Positions 38,724 to 51,852 of a stretch of 64,000 nt of DNA are shown here, piece by piece. Source of the stretch: Guillardia theta CCMP2712 (Eukaryota > Protista > Cryptophyta); NCBI RefSeq assembly GCF_000315625.1, contig NW_005434664.1, positions 957,363 through 1,021,362 of the forward strand, given 5' to 3'. The stretch's first letter is position 1. The number at the start of each line of letters is the position of its first letter. Under the pieces are notes generated by a model. It was not told the DNA's origin. It saw nothing but the letters and a program-made list of their open reading frames with translations, and made no database searches. Both the position numbers and the translations under genes were made by a program.

Positions 38724-40283
38724 GGTAATGGCGGAATGGAAAAACTCCTTCAAGGATCGTTTTTGTCGTGTGAACGACTCAGTTTGCAACGAAAAATGTT
38801 TGCAGTGGAGAGTGAGGGGCACAGCAGTGACAAGAGAGTGAGAAGAGGAGATGGAGGATGGACACAAGATGGCTGAGCAAGAGCGTGGGAAGGAGTGGCG
38901 GGAGCAGTCAGGACGGGGAGGATTTTAAGGACTGGTGTTTATGGGGCGGTGCTGAAAAATACGAATGGGGTTCGGTCGAAACAGGCAGGGGTGGGTGGAG
39001 CAGTGATTCAAGGTGGGGTGGTAGAGATTTCATTTCTCAATCTTTGATAGTACCCACCCCTATTTTCCATACAATTACATATGGATCAAGAGGGGTACAT
39101 CACCTGGATTCGAAGTGATGGGTTTTAGTTTGCGCACAACGGTAGAAGTCGGGGTGGGGTGGGGGTGAGAAAGGGGTGGGGTAGAGGTGATTTCTGAAGA
39201 AGGTTCACTGTGTCTAGTTTGAAAAAGAGACTTTTCAGCAAAACCCTCATGGAGCTGACAGTGAAACTGTGTCTATTTTTAGGGGTGCTTCCCTTACAGG
39301 TCAAGATGACTGGTTATGTCGCTGACACAAAGTTATCCCACACCCTACCCCCACCTCCACTTTTCTCTTCAGACTACCCCGTGTGCCCTGTAAGTGACAA
39401 CACAAGGTCCTTAAGGCTGCTTCCACGTTGTGACTCTAATTTTAGGTCATGATCAGCACGGAGTGGTGGGAGATTCGAAACAGAGTATTTTCGAATTATC
39501 CTTTGCGTTGCAATGGCCCCCCTCTGAGATCACTTGAAGAAAAAAACACCCTACTTCAATGACCCTCACAAGGCCAGGTCACGGCCTGGAATATTACCCT
39601 CTAAATTTCAAATTGTCGACTACCCTCAGGCAAATCTCCCATCACGTTTGAAAGCATTTCAGCATCTTCTCCTGAAAACAGCTGCACGCCCGCCTCCCCT
39701 CCCTTGCCTTTCCACAGGTCAATTCGCCTCTCCTGTAAGCCTCTCAGTGACCTCTACGTTTCCGTTTAGATGTGCCCCATTCCCGGTCAAGCTGACCTTG
39801 TTCCCGGTCACGTTACCGGGCCCACATTCGAGCAGTGGAGGAGCGAAGGGACTCAAGGAGACGACGATGACGATGACGGCGACGATGACGGTCACGATCA
39901 CAATGCAGCAGTCATGTCTCAGTGTCACTAGGTGTCGCCACATCACACGTGTTTGAGAGGCGGAAGGCATGTCAGGAAGGAGCTGGCCTCTTGTCGAGTA
40001 AGCAGGTGATGGGAAGATGGCTGTTAGATCTGGTTTAGGCGTTCTCTTGCACACAATCAAACGTCACAGGTGTAATCGGTCAGGTAGTGAGCAGCAAAGA
40101 AGAAATGTAGAGCACCGAGATGGATGGCTAGACTAACACATTGACACACATCTCGCGCCTTCGAGCGGAGACAACCTCAGCATCTTTTGTTCATCAGGGA
40201 CGCACCAGACAAGCTTTCCATGCTTGTGCTTCGCCCGCTTCCCTTCACCACTGCACGCATGCGTCCAGCTCGAGCACAAGGAC

Positions 40284-40764
40284 ATGGCAAACTTCAAGGA
40301 GAAAGCAGGTAACCAACATAGCGCAACAGCTTATCGCCCTTTCGTTGATCGGAGTAGATGATAGCTACTCGGTTTTACTAGACGGAGATAGAAGAAGGAA
40401 AAAGTATGTCTCCGATGTAGAGGGGAGGAGAGCTGGAAGGGGGAGAGCATGTGAGATCTAGCGTAGACAATTTTGTTGCAACATGCTTTTTGCGCACTTG
40501 GTAATTGACGCATTGGGATGTCAACATGTAGCAGAGAGAAAGCATTCTTTACAACATTACCCGAAACACTTTTATGGTTGACCTGCTCGGCTTGTTTGAG
40601 CAACCAAGTGATCCCGCACTCGCTACAGGTGGATCCCCAAGAGAGAAAGAGGAAAGTTGGTGTTGCTAGTTTGTTTCCAGAAGTCAAATGAAGGACGACT
40701 GTTGCTTGTCTGATTGCTCGGAGCCTCCTTGATCCACTCTACATGATCTGCCCCTTCTCATCTC

Positions 40765-40861
<97 letters not shown>

Positions 40862-41090
40862 CCCATTCTTTCCCTTCATGTCTAGCCTTCAACTTTGCCA
40901 TTTCCTCTTCATCATTCCCGTTGACCCTCCTGGTCCTGATATGCTCCCAGCTTGGTTGTGTACATGGTTCAACCCTCCCACGCCTCCTCCCTCCTTCCAC
41001 GACAGGGTGAGGAGGCGAGCAGAGGACGGCAGGGGCAGCATGGCGGTGGGACCAGCGAGCCAGGGACTGGCAGGAAGGAGGGGCAGCTAA
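40284..41090 (+). CDS. Possible short spliced gene, or 5' exons of the downstream glycosyltransferase
   Basis: Regularly spaced short exon-like blocks between GT..AG introns of ~45-50 nt (MANFKEKA|gtaac, DSYSVLLDGDRRRK|gtatg, etc.); no domain recognised. Confidence 0.3.
40767..40862. repeat. (CCTGCT)n hexanucleotide microsatellite
   Basis: About 15 perfect copies. Confidence 0.95.
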
Positions 41091-41382
41091 ATAAATTTAA
41101 AAAAACTGAATCGGAGAACTTGCGAGGTCTAGGCGAGTGGGGAGGGGAGCATCGGCGGGGAGGGGAGGGAGGGGAGAAGAGGAGATAGGAGGGAGGGGAG
41201 GGGAGAGGGAAAGGAAGAAGAGGGGAGGGGAAGAGAGAGGAGAGGGGAGAGGGAGGGGGGAGACAGACTGCCATGGCAACCCTATGCTCGTTCCTCCCTC
41301 CTCTGCAAAATGAGAGGAACATGGGAGGATAGAGGAGGGAAATCGCGAGAGGATCGCAGGGTGGAGGTAGAGGACTCGGAGT

Positions 41383-44300
41383 ATGCAGAGGACAAGAGGA
41401 AGCATGCTGAGCATGAGGATGCTTTTGCTGGTGCTGCTGGCTGCAGCCTTCCAGGAGGGCCGAGGAAGGTGAGAGGAGGGCGGCAAGGAGCGCTTTGGCG
41501 GGGGTGACCTGCGGAGCTCAGGGAGTATGGCCTACTGGCAGAGGAAGGGCCAGACATTGTCATCCTCCATCCTGCCAACGACTCTCTTGTCGAATGTCCG
41601 ATGATGGTGAAGGATAGGAGAGGAGGAGGAGAGGGACTGGTGAACTGAGATGGCTCCAGATCGCGTTTTACGTCTCCTCTTTCTGTGTACAGCGGCTGGG
41701 ATCGAGGCTGACGGTAAGGAGGGAGGGAGAGTGGAAGCGAAGAGGGAGGGAGGGAGGGAGGGAGGAGGGAGGAGGAAGGAGAGAGGAGGAGGGAGGGAGG
41801 GAGGAGGAACAAGGGAGGGAGAGAGGGAGAGGGAGAATCAGGGAGGAGGGAGAAGAGGAGGGGATGAGCAGGGTCGCAGGGAGTCTACCTCTACCTCAAC
41901 CAGGAGAAGATCCTCGAGTCGGACCTCCTGGTCCATGGCAACGACGGCAGCGCGCAGTATCATGCGGTGAAGCATGCTTGCTGCGGGGGATGGCGAGGAA
42001 GGTTGACGGGCGAGCTGCAGGAGGTTCCACAACTACGCGCTGGGGTGTATGAGGTGCATGCGAGCTTGCGCATGAGGCAAGGGTCTGAGCACCTGTCCGC
42101 TCGAAGTGCTGTGACAACCTTCGAGGTCCATGCTGCTGCTACTTGATGATGCTCACGTTGCTCAGGTGCTTGCTCCTCTTCAGGAAGAGGAGGCAGGAGG
42201 GAGGGAGGGTGGAGAGGAGGAGGGAGAGCAGGAGGAGGCGGAGGAAGAGCTTGAGGGTAGGATGTTCCGGCGTTGTGCGGCGAGAGAGGACGTCTGCAGG
42301 GAGGAGAAGATCAAGGTGAGATGTGATGAAGAGAAGATGATCCGATGATGGATGCCAGAGATGGATGTCGTATGTGCTCGATCACTTTGAATGATGATGG
42401 TGATGTGTATGATGGGAGCAGTTCGTGCTGCAAGTAATGTTGATCTTGTTGATGATTATGTTGATGACGATGACGATCACGACGACGACGAAGACAATAG
42501 CACGTGTTGCCTAGAATGATTTTCCTTTACTCTCTTTCAAGGCGAGTTGCAACTGCACTGGAGACTGGTTCGGGGACGATTGTAACTACAACTTCATGGT
42601 CAACTCTTCGTATTTTCCAGGCATGACTGCGCATGCTCTTGAGACGTTAGTGATGTCGGTCGCAGTGCATCTCAAGAACACCCCATGTAGTTGCAGAAGA
42701 GTGTCAGAGTGGTACCAGGCAAGGAGGGTGTTGGAGGTAGGCTGTCAGGTAGATCTCCGTGAGATGTCTCAAACTTCTCGTTTGTTTGCTCTCCTCAGGC
42801 TCAGATCTTCAGCTTGCATCGAACTGATGGCTGCAACGCCCGCGATACTGTCGAGATATCCCTCGATGGAAAGGCAAAAGATTCCCATCCTACTGTTCTC
42901 CCCTGCTCCTCCCCTTGCTCCCTGCTCCCTGCTCCCTGCTCCCTGCTCCCTGCTCCCTGCTCCCTGCTCCCTGCTCCCTGCTCCCTGCTCCCTGCTCCCT
43001 GCTCCCTATCTCTGTTCCTCCTCTTCTTTCTTTCTTCCCCCCCCCCTCCCCGCGCTCCCTTCCTAACTTCTCCTCTCCCTCACTTTCGTCCTTCGACGCT
43101 TCTCCTTGCATTTCAGGCGTTGGGAGCTCAGATGCACTTCCTTGCTCTTGGATTGTCGGCAGCTCTCAGGAAGCAGAGAGCGCTTGTGTAAGTTCAACAT
43201 GTCAACACATAATGAGCAGATGGAACCTTTGTTTTCATTCGCTCTTCACCTATCCGCCTTACCTTTCCCCCCCCCCTCCCCCTCCCTCCCTCTCTCTCCC
43301 TCTCCCTCCCTCTCTCTCCCTCTCCCTCCCTCTCCCTCCCTCTCCCTCCCTCTCCCTCCCTCTCTCTCCCTCTCCCTCTCTCCCCCTCTCTCTCCGGTTA
43401 NNNNNNNNNNNNNNNNNNNNNNNNNNNNNNNNNNNNNNNNNNNNNNNNNNNNNNNNNNNNNNNNNNNNNNNNNNNNNNNNNNNNNNNNNNNNNNNNNNNN
43501 TCTCTCTCCCTCTCGCTCCCTCTCGCTCCCTCACACTACCTCTCCCTCCCTCTCCCTCCCTCTACCTCCCTCTCTCTCCCTAAACCCTCTCTCCCCCTCT
43601 CTCTCCCTCTCCCTCCCTCTCCCTCTCTCTCCCTCTCCCTCCCTCTCCCTCCCTCCTTCCCTCTCTCCCACTCCCTCCCTCCCTCTTTCCTGCCTTCCTC
43701 CCGTCCTTCCTCCTCCTCTTTCCCTCACTCTGTCTCAGTCGATATCTATGTCTCTGACTCTCTGACTTCTCTCTCTCTTCCTCGCAGCTTCGACGAGGAC
43801 CGCTGGCTCTACGGGCGGCATGAGAACTGTAAGGGAAGGGGAAGGAGATGCTTCTTTCTCTCGCTCTTCCCCTCCGGCTGCAGCAGGGACAGCATCCTTG
43901 CTGCTTCCAACTCCTCCATCTCAAGGACACGAGGATGGGAGGCTGAGGTTCATTCCCCCTCCTCCCTGTTCCCTGCTCCTCCCTCCTCCCACCACCCTCC
44001 TCCCTCCTCCCTTTTCTCTCCTTTCTGCTCCTTGCTCCCTCATTCGTCATAACGAGTTGCTGCAGCTACAATCTACCAAGGAGACCCACATTGATGTGAT
44101 CACGACAGCAAGACATCTTCGGTAAAGAGACTCCAAGATGCGACGGAAAAGCGACAGGGGAAGGGGAAGGAGGGGAGGACAGAGAAGGGAGTGGAGGAGT
44201 AGAGTGGGGAAGGACGGAGGGGGGGCAGGCTGGGTAAGAGGATGCGGGAGACAATGAGTACAGGGGAGGAGGAGGGGAAGAACGGAAGAGGACAGGCAAG

Positions 44301-46696
44301 AAGGTGGAAAGAAGGAGGAGAACGAGTTAGCTAACAGCTTGTTTCTGTCGCAGGGAGGGTCTTCTTCCCCCTCCTGCCTTCAGGTGATGCTGAATCCTTA
44401 CTCGCATGTCTCTCACTCCTGCTCAGCCACCTCGGACTCTTCTGGTGGAGGTCCTCCCTGCTCTCGATCCTCACCAGGAAGAGGTAGAGGGAAACATGTC
44501 CAGCGCTGCAGCAGCTAACATGCGTCTCCTCTTTCTTTCCCTTCTCCTCCTGCTCCTCCTGCTCCACCTGCTCCTCCTGCCCCTTCTTCTGCTCCTCCTC
44601 CTCCTGCTCCTACTCCTGCTCTTGCTCCTCCTGCTTCTTCTTATCCTTGTCCTTGCCCTTGTCCTCCTCTCCCTTCTTTTTCTCGGCAGCTTTTACCTCG
44701 AATCGCTGCTGCGGGAGGCCAAGGCGAGCATGGGATGGCCAGAGGAGGAGAGGAGAGGAATCCTGGGGGTGCACGTGAGGAGAGGAGACTCGTGCTTACA
44801 TGCCGCCATGGTGAGAGATTTTTATGCTCTCCTTTCCCCCTCCCCTACTCCCAATCATCTTCCTCCTCTGTTAACGATCCTCCTCCACGTCTTCCTCCTC
44901 CTTCCTCCTTCCTCCTCCTCCTTCCTCCTGCCTCCTCCTCATGTTCATGTTTACAGTCTGCATCGCGGCCCCTCTGCATGCCAACAAATCTGTACCTGAA
45001 TGCGGTAAATGTCTTGCTCCTTCCTCCAACTCTCCTCCTCCTGTCTCCCTCCTCCTTTTCTGCCTCCCTCCTCCTCCTGCCTCCCTCCTCCTGCCTTCCT
45101 CCTCCTCCTGCCTCCCTCCTCCTGCCTCCCTCCTCCTGCCTCCCTCCTCCTGCCTCCCTTCTTCTGCCTCCCTCCTCCTCCTGCCTCCCTCCTTCCTCCT
45201 CCTCCTGCCTCCCTCCTCCTCCTTTCTTCTCTTCACCTTTGAGCATCTCTTCCCCCTTTCTTTCTCCCTACCGGTCATTCACTCTCGTTTCTCTTCACCT
45301 CTCGTCCTGCCCCCCTCCCCTCTCGTCCTCCCCCCTCCCTGCAACCCCACCCCTCTCTTGTCTATCACATCTGAAGAGTCGACTAGATTGCTACCATGGT
45401 CAGCAAGTACGAGTTCACTGCTATCTTCCTGGCTACAGACTCCAAGGTACTCCTTTCTCTCCTCCTCCTCCTCCTCCTCCTCCTCCTCCTCCTTCTCCTC
45501 CTCCTCCCTCCGATTTCTATACTACCTCCTCTCTGTCTCTTCCCTTCTCTTTGTTTTCCTGCTTTCCCTCCGCTTCTTCCTCCTTGTTCTTTTCCTTCTT
45601 CATGTCTTCTTTCCTCTCCTTTCCTTCTTTCCTGTTTCTTCAATCCCTCCTCTTTCTTCTTCTCTTCCTCCTCCTCCACGTCCACTTCCTCCTCCTCTTC
45701 TCCCAGCAGTCTAAACATCCCGGGAGCAGGAGGCGATCGAAGGGATGACGAGGTTTGCGAGGAAAAGAGGACTCAAGCTCGTGTACCAAAGGTTAGCAAG
45801 AAGGAGGTGGAGCAAGGAGGTTGGGGAAGAAGCAGAACGGAGGGAGGAGGGAGGAGGAGGAGGAGGAGGAGGAGGAGGAGGAGGAGGAGGAGGAGGAGGA
45901 GAGGGAACTTGAGAGTGGGAGGAGGGTGCGGCTGGTTGTGGTAGGAGGAGGCAGTCACTGCAGGACATGACGAGAGAAGCAGGTTCNNNNNNNNNNNNNN
46001 NNNNNNNNNNNNNNNNNNNNNNNNNNNNNNNNNNNNNNNNNNNNNNNNNNNNNNNNNNNNNNNNNNNNNNNNNNNNNNNNNNNNNNNNNNNNNNNNNNNN
46101 NNNNNNNNNNNNNNNNNNNNNNNNNNNNNNNNNNNNNNNNNNNNNNNNNNNNNNNNNNNNNNNNNNNNNNNNNNNNCTCGTCCTGCTCCTGCTCCTCTTA
46201 CCTTTGCTGTCCGTTCTTCTCCTCTTTCTGCTGCTGATGCGTTTCCTCCTCCTCCTCTTGCTGCCTTTCGTTCTTGTCTCGTCTCCACTTGTCTTTCGTG
46301 CTGCTTGCATCCTATCCCTCTTTCCGTCCTCCATCTGACATCTCATTCTTCTTTCCCCAGCCTCCTCCTTTCATATCCGTCGATGGATACTCATGGGGGC
46401 GACATGCGCTGGTACAGACAGTCTTTCCTGCTCCTGCTCCTGCTTCTTCACCTTCACCTGCTCCTGCTCCTGCTTCTGGTCCTGGTCCTGCTTCTCCACC
46501 TTCACCTGCTCCTGCTCCTGCTTCTGGTCCTGGTCCTGCTTCTCCGCCTTCACCTGCTCCTGCTCCTGCTTCTGCTCCTGCTTATCCTGTTCACTTTTCT
46601 ACCATCCCGTCTTGTTGCTCCTCCGTCGGTCTGCCAGCAACTCTGACTTGAGCTCAGGAGGAGATGTGGGAAGTGTCGCAAGAGCTTCTTCATTGA
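41383..46696 (+). CDS. GT23 (FUT8/NodZ-like) alpha-1,6-fucosyltransferase-family protein with signal anchor and EGF-like module, multi-exon, spans two gaps
   Basis: MLLLVLLAAA signal; CNCTGDWFGDDC (EGF-like, ~42545); LGAQMHFLALGLSAALRKQRALV (cf. FUT8 GCQLHH..RTL); ILGVHVRRGDSC (motif I); IFLATDS (motif II); PPFISVDGYSW near the end. Motif III probably falls in gap 45987-46176. Confidence 0.8.
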
Positions 46697-47174
46697 CGGG
46701 AGGAAGAGGCAGGAGGAGGAAGGAGGAGGGAGGAAGAGGGAGGAAGAGGGAGGAAAAGGGAGGAAGAGGGAGGAGAGGGAGGAGGGAGGAAGGACGGAGG
46801 AGGGAGGAAGTAAGAGAGTACTGAAGTAGTACATTCCAATCATAAAGACTGAGAGAAAACCTGGCATCGTTGACTCAAAGCACCAGTTCGCTTCATTCGC
46901 ACTTATTTTTCCTCATGGAAATCGCTTTTGTGAATCATGAAGTGAAGAAGATTGAAAGTTGAGACGTGAATCTCGAGTTCAATCATGACGAATTTACTTG
47001 TAATTCGATAGTAGTGAATAATTGATCATAGACGGTGTCTCGTCCAAAAGCCTTGTTCATCGTCACTACCATCGTTATGATGTCCATCATGGTAACAAAT
47101 CATCATGGTAAAAAATCAAAAGATTTCTCATCATCATCGGCGGCATCAACGTCATGCTTTCGTCGTCATCTTCT

Positions 47175-49188
47175 TCAGTTATGGTCTTCATCGTGAATTT
47201 GATCCAATTCCGAACATGTCAGGATCGAAGGAAGCATTACCTGAAAGAAACAGTTAGTCAAAAAGTAGTCAAAAGGGGCAAAGGAGGAGGAGGAGGAGCA
47301 GGAGAGAAGAAAGAGGAGGAGGATAAGGAAGAGGACGATGTGGAGGAGGGGCCAGAGGAGAAAGAAGGGAAGCGAGGGGAGGAGGACGCACACGGGGAGG
47401 CGGAAAGGTTGGAGAAGGAAATAACAGCAAACGAACAAGACAGGAGGCAGCAGAGATCAAGATCAAACAATCAATCATCAATGAAGTGATGGCGAGCAAA
47501 CACAAATTTCCACCATCATGTCCACTTCAAGTGATAGCGAGCAAACACAAATTTCCACCATCATGTCCACTTCAAGTGATAGCGAGCAACACAAACATAG
47601 CCAACAGGAACAAGACAATCGTCGATCGACATCTCACCTCCATGAGGAAATGGTGGAGGATAAAAGCAGTCAGGCCCCACACCCGATGCTTGCCAGACAC
47701 AAAGGCCGGCATCATGTTGCTTTTTTTTTTTTTTTTTTCNNNNNNNNNNNNNNNNNNNNNNNNNNNNNNNNNNNNNNNNNNNNNNNNNNNNNNNNNNNNN
47801 NNNNNNNNNNNNNNNNNNNNNNNNNNNNNNNNNNNNNNNNNNNNNNNNNNNNNNNNNNNNNNNNNNNNNNNNNNNNNNNNNNNNNNNNNNNNNNNNNNNN
47901 NNNNNNNNNNNNNNNNNNNNNNNNNNNNNNNNNNNNAATGAAGATGTTGAAAAGGGAGCCGGGAAAAGAGGGGAGCGGGTTGAAGGAGGGAAGGAGGGAC
48001 GGAAGCGGCAGTGGAGATGCGAGGGAGGGAAGCGGAAGGGGAGAGGGGGAGAAGGGCAGGGAAGGGAAGTGGGAGGTGAGGTGAGGGGAGGGGAGGGGAG
48101 GGAAGGGAGGGGGGAGGGGAGGGCAGGGCAGGGCAGGAAAGGAGAAGGGGAGGGCAGGGAAGGGAAGGGGGAAAAAGAGGGAGGGAATTCTCTCACCATG
48201 CATTCATCGGAGAGGTCTAAATGTCCTCCAGGAAAACAGACCTTCATGACAAGCGATCAGGCTGATGCTTGTTTGCCTCACCGCTATCGCAAGCGGGAAA
48301 AGGAAACGAGGAGAAGCGAAGGCAGAGGTTGAAGAAACAAGGGCCAGGAGAGGATGAGGGCAGAGACAGAGAGAGAGGGAGAGGGAGGGAGAGGCAGAGG
48401 GAGGGAGAGGGAGAGGGAGGGAGAGGCAGAGGAGGAAGAGGGGGAGGGGGAGAGGGAGAGGAGGGAGAGGAAGAGGAGGAAGAGGGGAGGGGAGAAAGAA
48501 GGATAGACGTACTTGGCCTTTGTGCGTGCTGACATTATGAGATCTCAAGTTCAAAAGTACCGAAGGCTTCGAGTCCACAACACACAGCGGAAGCATAACC
48601 GCAGCTCTGCGACTTGATGGTCAAGAGAGGGACGACGTACATGAGACCAAGAGGGGAGGAGGAAGGGAATAACCTCCTGCCGGTGTGGTAGTGAGACTCG
48701 ATTCTCTTTTTGGGCAGTTCAGACATCCTCTCGGCAATCGTGGAGAGCATTGAGTGCGTGAATTCAAGCTTGCTCAGCCTGCAGCAGTGCGTGATCAGGC
48801 TCAAGGGGAGGGAGAAGGACCAGAGAGAGGCGGGTGAAGAGAGGGGCAGGAACAGAGACAGAAGAACATACAGGAGACAAAGACAGAGACAAGAGACAGA
48901 GACAGAGACAGAGACAGAGACAGAGACAGCCTCGAAGGCAGCAAGGCAAGAAGGAGGAGGAGACGAGAGAGAAGGGGAGGAGGGACGGGGAGGAGGAGGG
49001 AGGAGGGGAGGAAGGAGGAGAAGAAAGGAGGAGGAGGAGGAGGAGGAGGAGGAGGAAGACTCTCAGCCTGTCGTCTTACCTCTGCATCAACCTCACTTCA
49101 AGGTGATGAGGAAGAGGCTTCTTGGGCCAAGACCCCAGGTCGTACTAGGACATGTGAGCGCGGTGACGGCGGCATGGCACAGCAGCAT
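47175..49188 (-). CDS. NUDT8/NUDT7-like CoA diphosphatase (Nudix), multi-exon, spans a gap
   Basis: AAVMLPLCVVDSKPSVLLNLRSHNVSTHKGQ-VCFPGGHLD (CoA-binding motif plus start of Nudix box) and HRVWGLTAFIL. The rest of the Nudix box probably lies in gap 47740-47936. Start uncertain (could be up to ~49600). Confidence 0.88.
47492..47589. repeat. 45-bp tandem duplication (about 2.2 copies) in an intron
   Basis: GCGAGCAAACACAAATTTCCACCATCATGTCCACTTCAAGTGATA repeated exactly. Confidence 0.95.
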
Positions 49189-51119
49189 ACGCACCTTGAG
49201 CCTCTGCCGATAGTCGATGCCGTGCTCATGGTCCGGCAGCCAGCGAGCAGGAGGGATCCACCTCGGAAGTTGATGATCGCTCTTCCTCCTCGACGACTTG
49301 TCGTGCTGCTGCTGGAGATGGTTGTGCAGGTGGTTGGGATGGCGGTGGAGGTCATGCTGTTGTTGGTGGAGATGGTTGTCATGATGGTGCAGGTCGATAT
49401 GCTCGCTCCGCTCATGGTGCGCGCTGTTGCGCATTCGCCCGTCATGCCGATCCGAGGTGGTTGAGTGAGAGCTCCGGAGGCCGACGATGGGGCAAGGCGA
49501 GGTAACGATGGTGTTCCAGCGGTACATCCGAGGTGCCCTGGTGGCAGGGGGCAAGAAATTCATGGTCATGCGTGGATCACGAAAGAATTTCGGCATCCCT
49601 GAATGCTCTGATCCCAACGCTTCATCTGCTCATCCTGCCGACAAACTCAGAATAATGTAGATGCTCATGTCATTCAGTGTTCCCCACTCGACTCAACCGC
49701 ATAACTGAAAAGGATGAATCGAGCCGACTCATCACTGTGTGAAGAAAAATATCCTCCACAACATCATCAACTTCCCAACCCGCCTATCGTCCACGCCTGT
49801 CGTCCTCTAGTAGCAGAATGAAGGAGTCCCAACCATATGAATCGCTTCTCCCTCCATTGAACATCCCTTCTCTCATCTGATCCTCTCCTCCTTCAAGAAA
49901 TGGTCATGGTAACGATCTTACATCCTCTCTCTCTCGCGCTCTCTTCTCATCCGCCATTCCTCCTCTGCATCCCTCTACTCACCTCCCACTCGCCATTTCA
50001 GAGGTCATCATAGCTGACGCCCCTCATCCACCCTGTGCCAGCCGGCCTCAGAGCCGGACTTTTAGTGGCCCGGCCGTGGCCAGACGGTGACTGCGCCGGA
50101 GACTGTGCCGGCCCGACGGTAGCCGGCCGGCACGGCCCGCCTTTGACTGTCAGAGAGCGGCGCGCGAGGGTTATGAGCCTCAGGCTTGGCAAGTTCACTC
50201 TGCAAGTGAACGTGACATCCGATGGTGATTGGCAGGCATATAAGGGGGTAGTCCGGGGGGGTAGGCAATTCCTTCTAGAACGATCGCAAGCACCGGTAGT
50301 GGTCATGTAGGATGAGTCGACGATGAAGCAAGGCAGAGGAGATGTGTATTTCATCTTAAGATCTCTCTGAAGAAATCATCTGCCCATGGATGATCTCGAT
50401 CTCAGTCAAATCTGTTCTGCACTCCCACCCCTCATAGTCCGTCATTGGGCCGCATCTAGATCTACAGGGGTGGAATGCAAGAAAGAGGAAATCACCCCTT
50501 TCGAAGACCTACAATACATGGGTAGGGTACAAAGGGCTCTTGAAAGTTCAAAAGTACCACCCCTATTTCCATATGTTTCAGTAGGTAGGGTGGAGATGGA
50601 TCCGAAGGCGTCCAAAGGGTCGGTTTAGACATACCCAGTACCCCCTCATTAACCTTGTTTTCTGTGGGTACATCTCAAAACCCGGAGTCAAATGCTTGCC
50701 AACCTTCCCATAGGGGTTATCCGACTCCCTTCCCACCAGGAGGTCACACCCCCCTTTTGCTATGTAGAACGAGGGGTACTCAGGGCTTGAAAGGGAATCC
50801 TTAGATCATCCGCTGTCCTTGCTACGCCCTATGGGCTCTGTAAAAGAAATTTATAAAATATGCACATATATTTACTTTTACTGTTTCAAAAACTCTAATA
50901 AGTTTGTAAGTGAGGAGCCTTAAAACTTCAATCATTGCGATCTTAATATCACAGATTCCAATCGACCAATAAAATACGCCTACCCAAATATTCTTGGAAC
51001 TACCAAAAACATGGAAAATATCTTAATAATTTGAAATTAAATAACTAAATGTTGAGAAACTTCCTTGAAAATAGTTCCCTCACGTGCTTACAACAGCCGA
51101 ATCTAACGACTATGGACTC

Positions 51120-51852
51120 ATATGGTACTAAATAAAACAGTTATTGAATTGGATTAGAACGATTCGATCTTAGAAATAGATTGTTTGGAATGTTAAAAGT
51201 AATTAGCAGGTCTTTTACTAACATGTATAATGAAACTAGTCAAGCAAAAAGATTCAAACGTTGTGTTCTTGCAATGATCTGTCTACTAAACTTTTATGTG
51301 ACTGGAATATTATTGGTACGATTGCGAGTGTACCAGCCGTGGTAGAAAGAGTTCCTGCCACCCACGAAATCAGTTGGTTTTATTTTAATTGTAAAGACTT
51401 TCCTACCATGGCTTGTTACCATTGGTACAGATCTTTTTGTACAGTTTTTCTTTGATTTTGTCTGTGATGTTTGTTGTACCGATAAGGGCTACTGGTACTC
51501 ACAACTGGTACAGATCCATCTTAGCTATGTGTCACAATGAGGTACAGACAGCTCACAACTGAAAAAAATGTTGTACCGAGGGTCCATGATTTTTTTTATT
51601 TGTACCAAACTCTGGCCAACAAAATATTTGTACAAGTCTACAAATGTTTTTAAAGGGTCCTCAACAGTACATGATATACTTTTAGAGTTTTACACGAGTG
51701 GACCTGAATTCGAATAATGGATCACATTCCATTCTTTCCTGGCAGGTCTTATGGTATGACCGGTAGTGATGAAAAAATTCTAATGTACTCTCTCTCAGAG
51801 ATACCCCATGTACCATACTTATATTACAAACCGGTCCTGGAAATTAGTACGT
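51120..51852. repeat. AT-rich non-coding block with a dense cluster of GTAC-containing words
   Basis: About 16 GTAC cores counted by eye (about 12 in 51315-51670), mostly as TGGTACA/TTGTACC; GGTACAGA occurs 3 times and CTCACAACTG twice. Confidence 0.7.

Noticed and set aside
46430-46575. Regular ~48-bp repeats that could look like a CRISPR array or proline-rich exon
   Set aside because: No unique spacers; a degenerate (CCTGCT)-derived intronic minisatellite in a eukaryotic gene.
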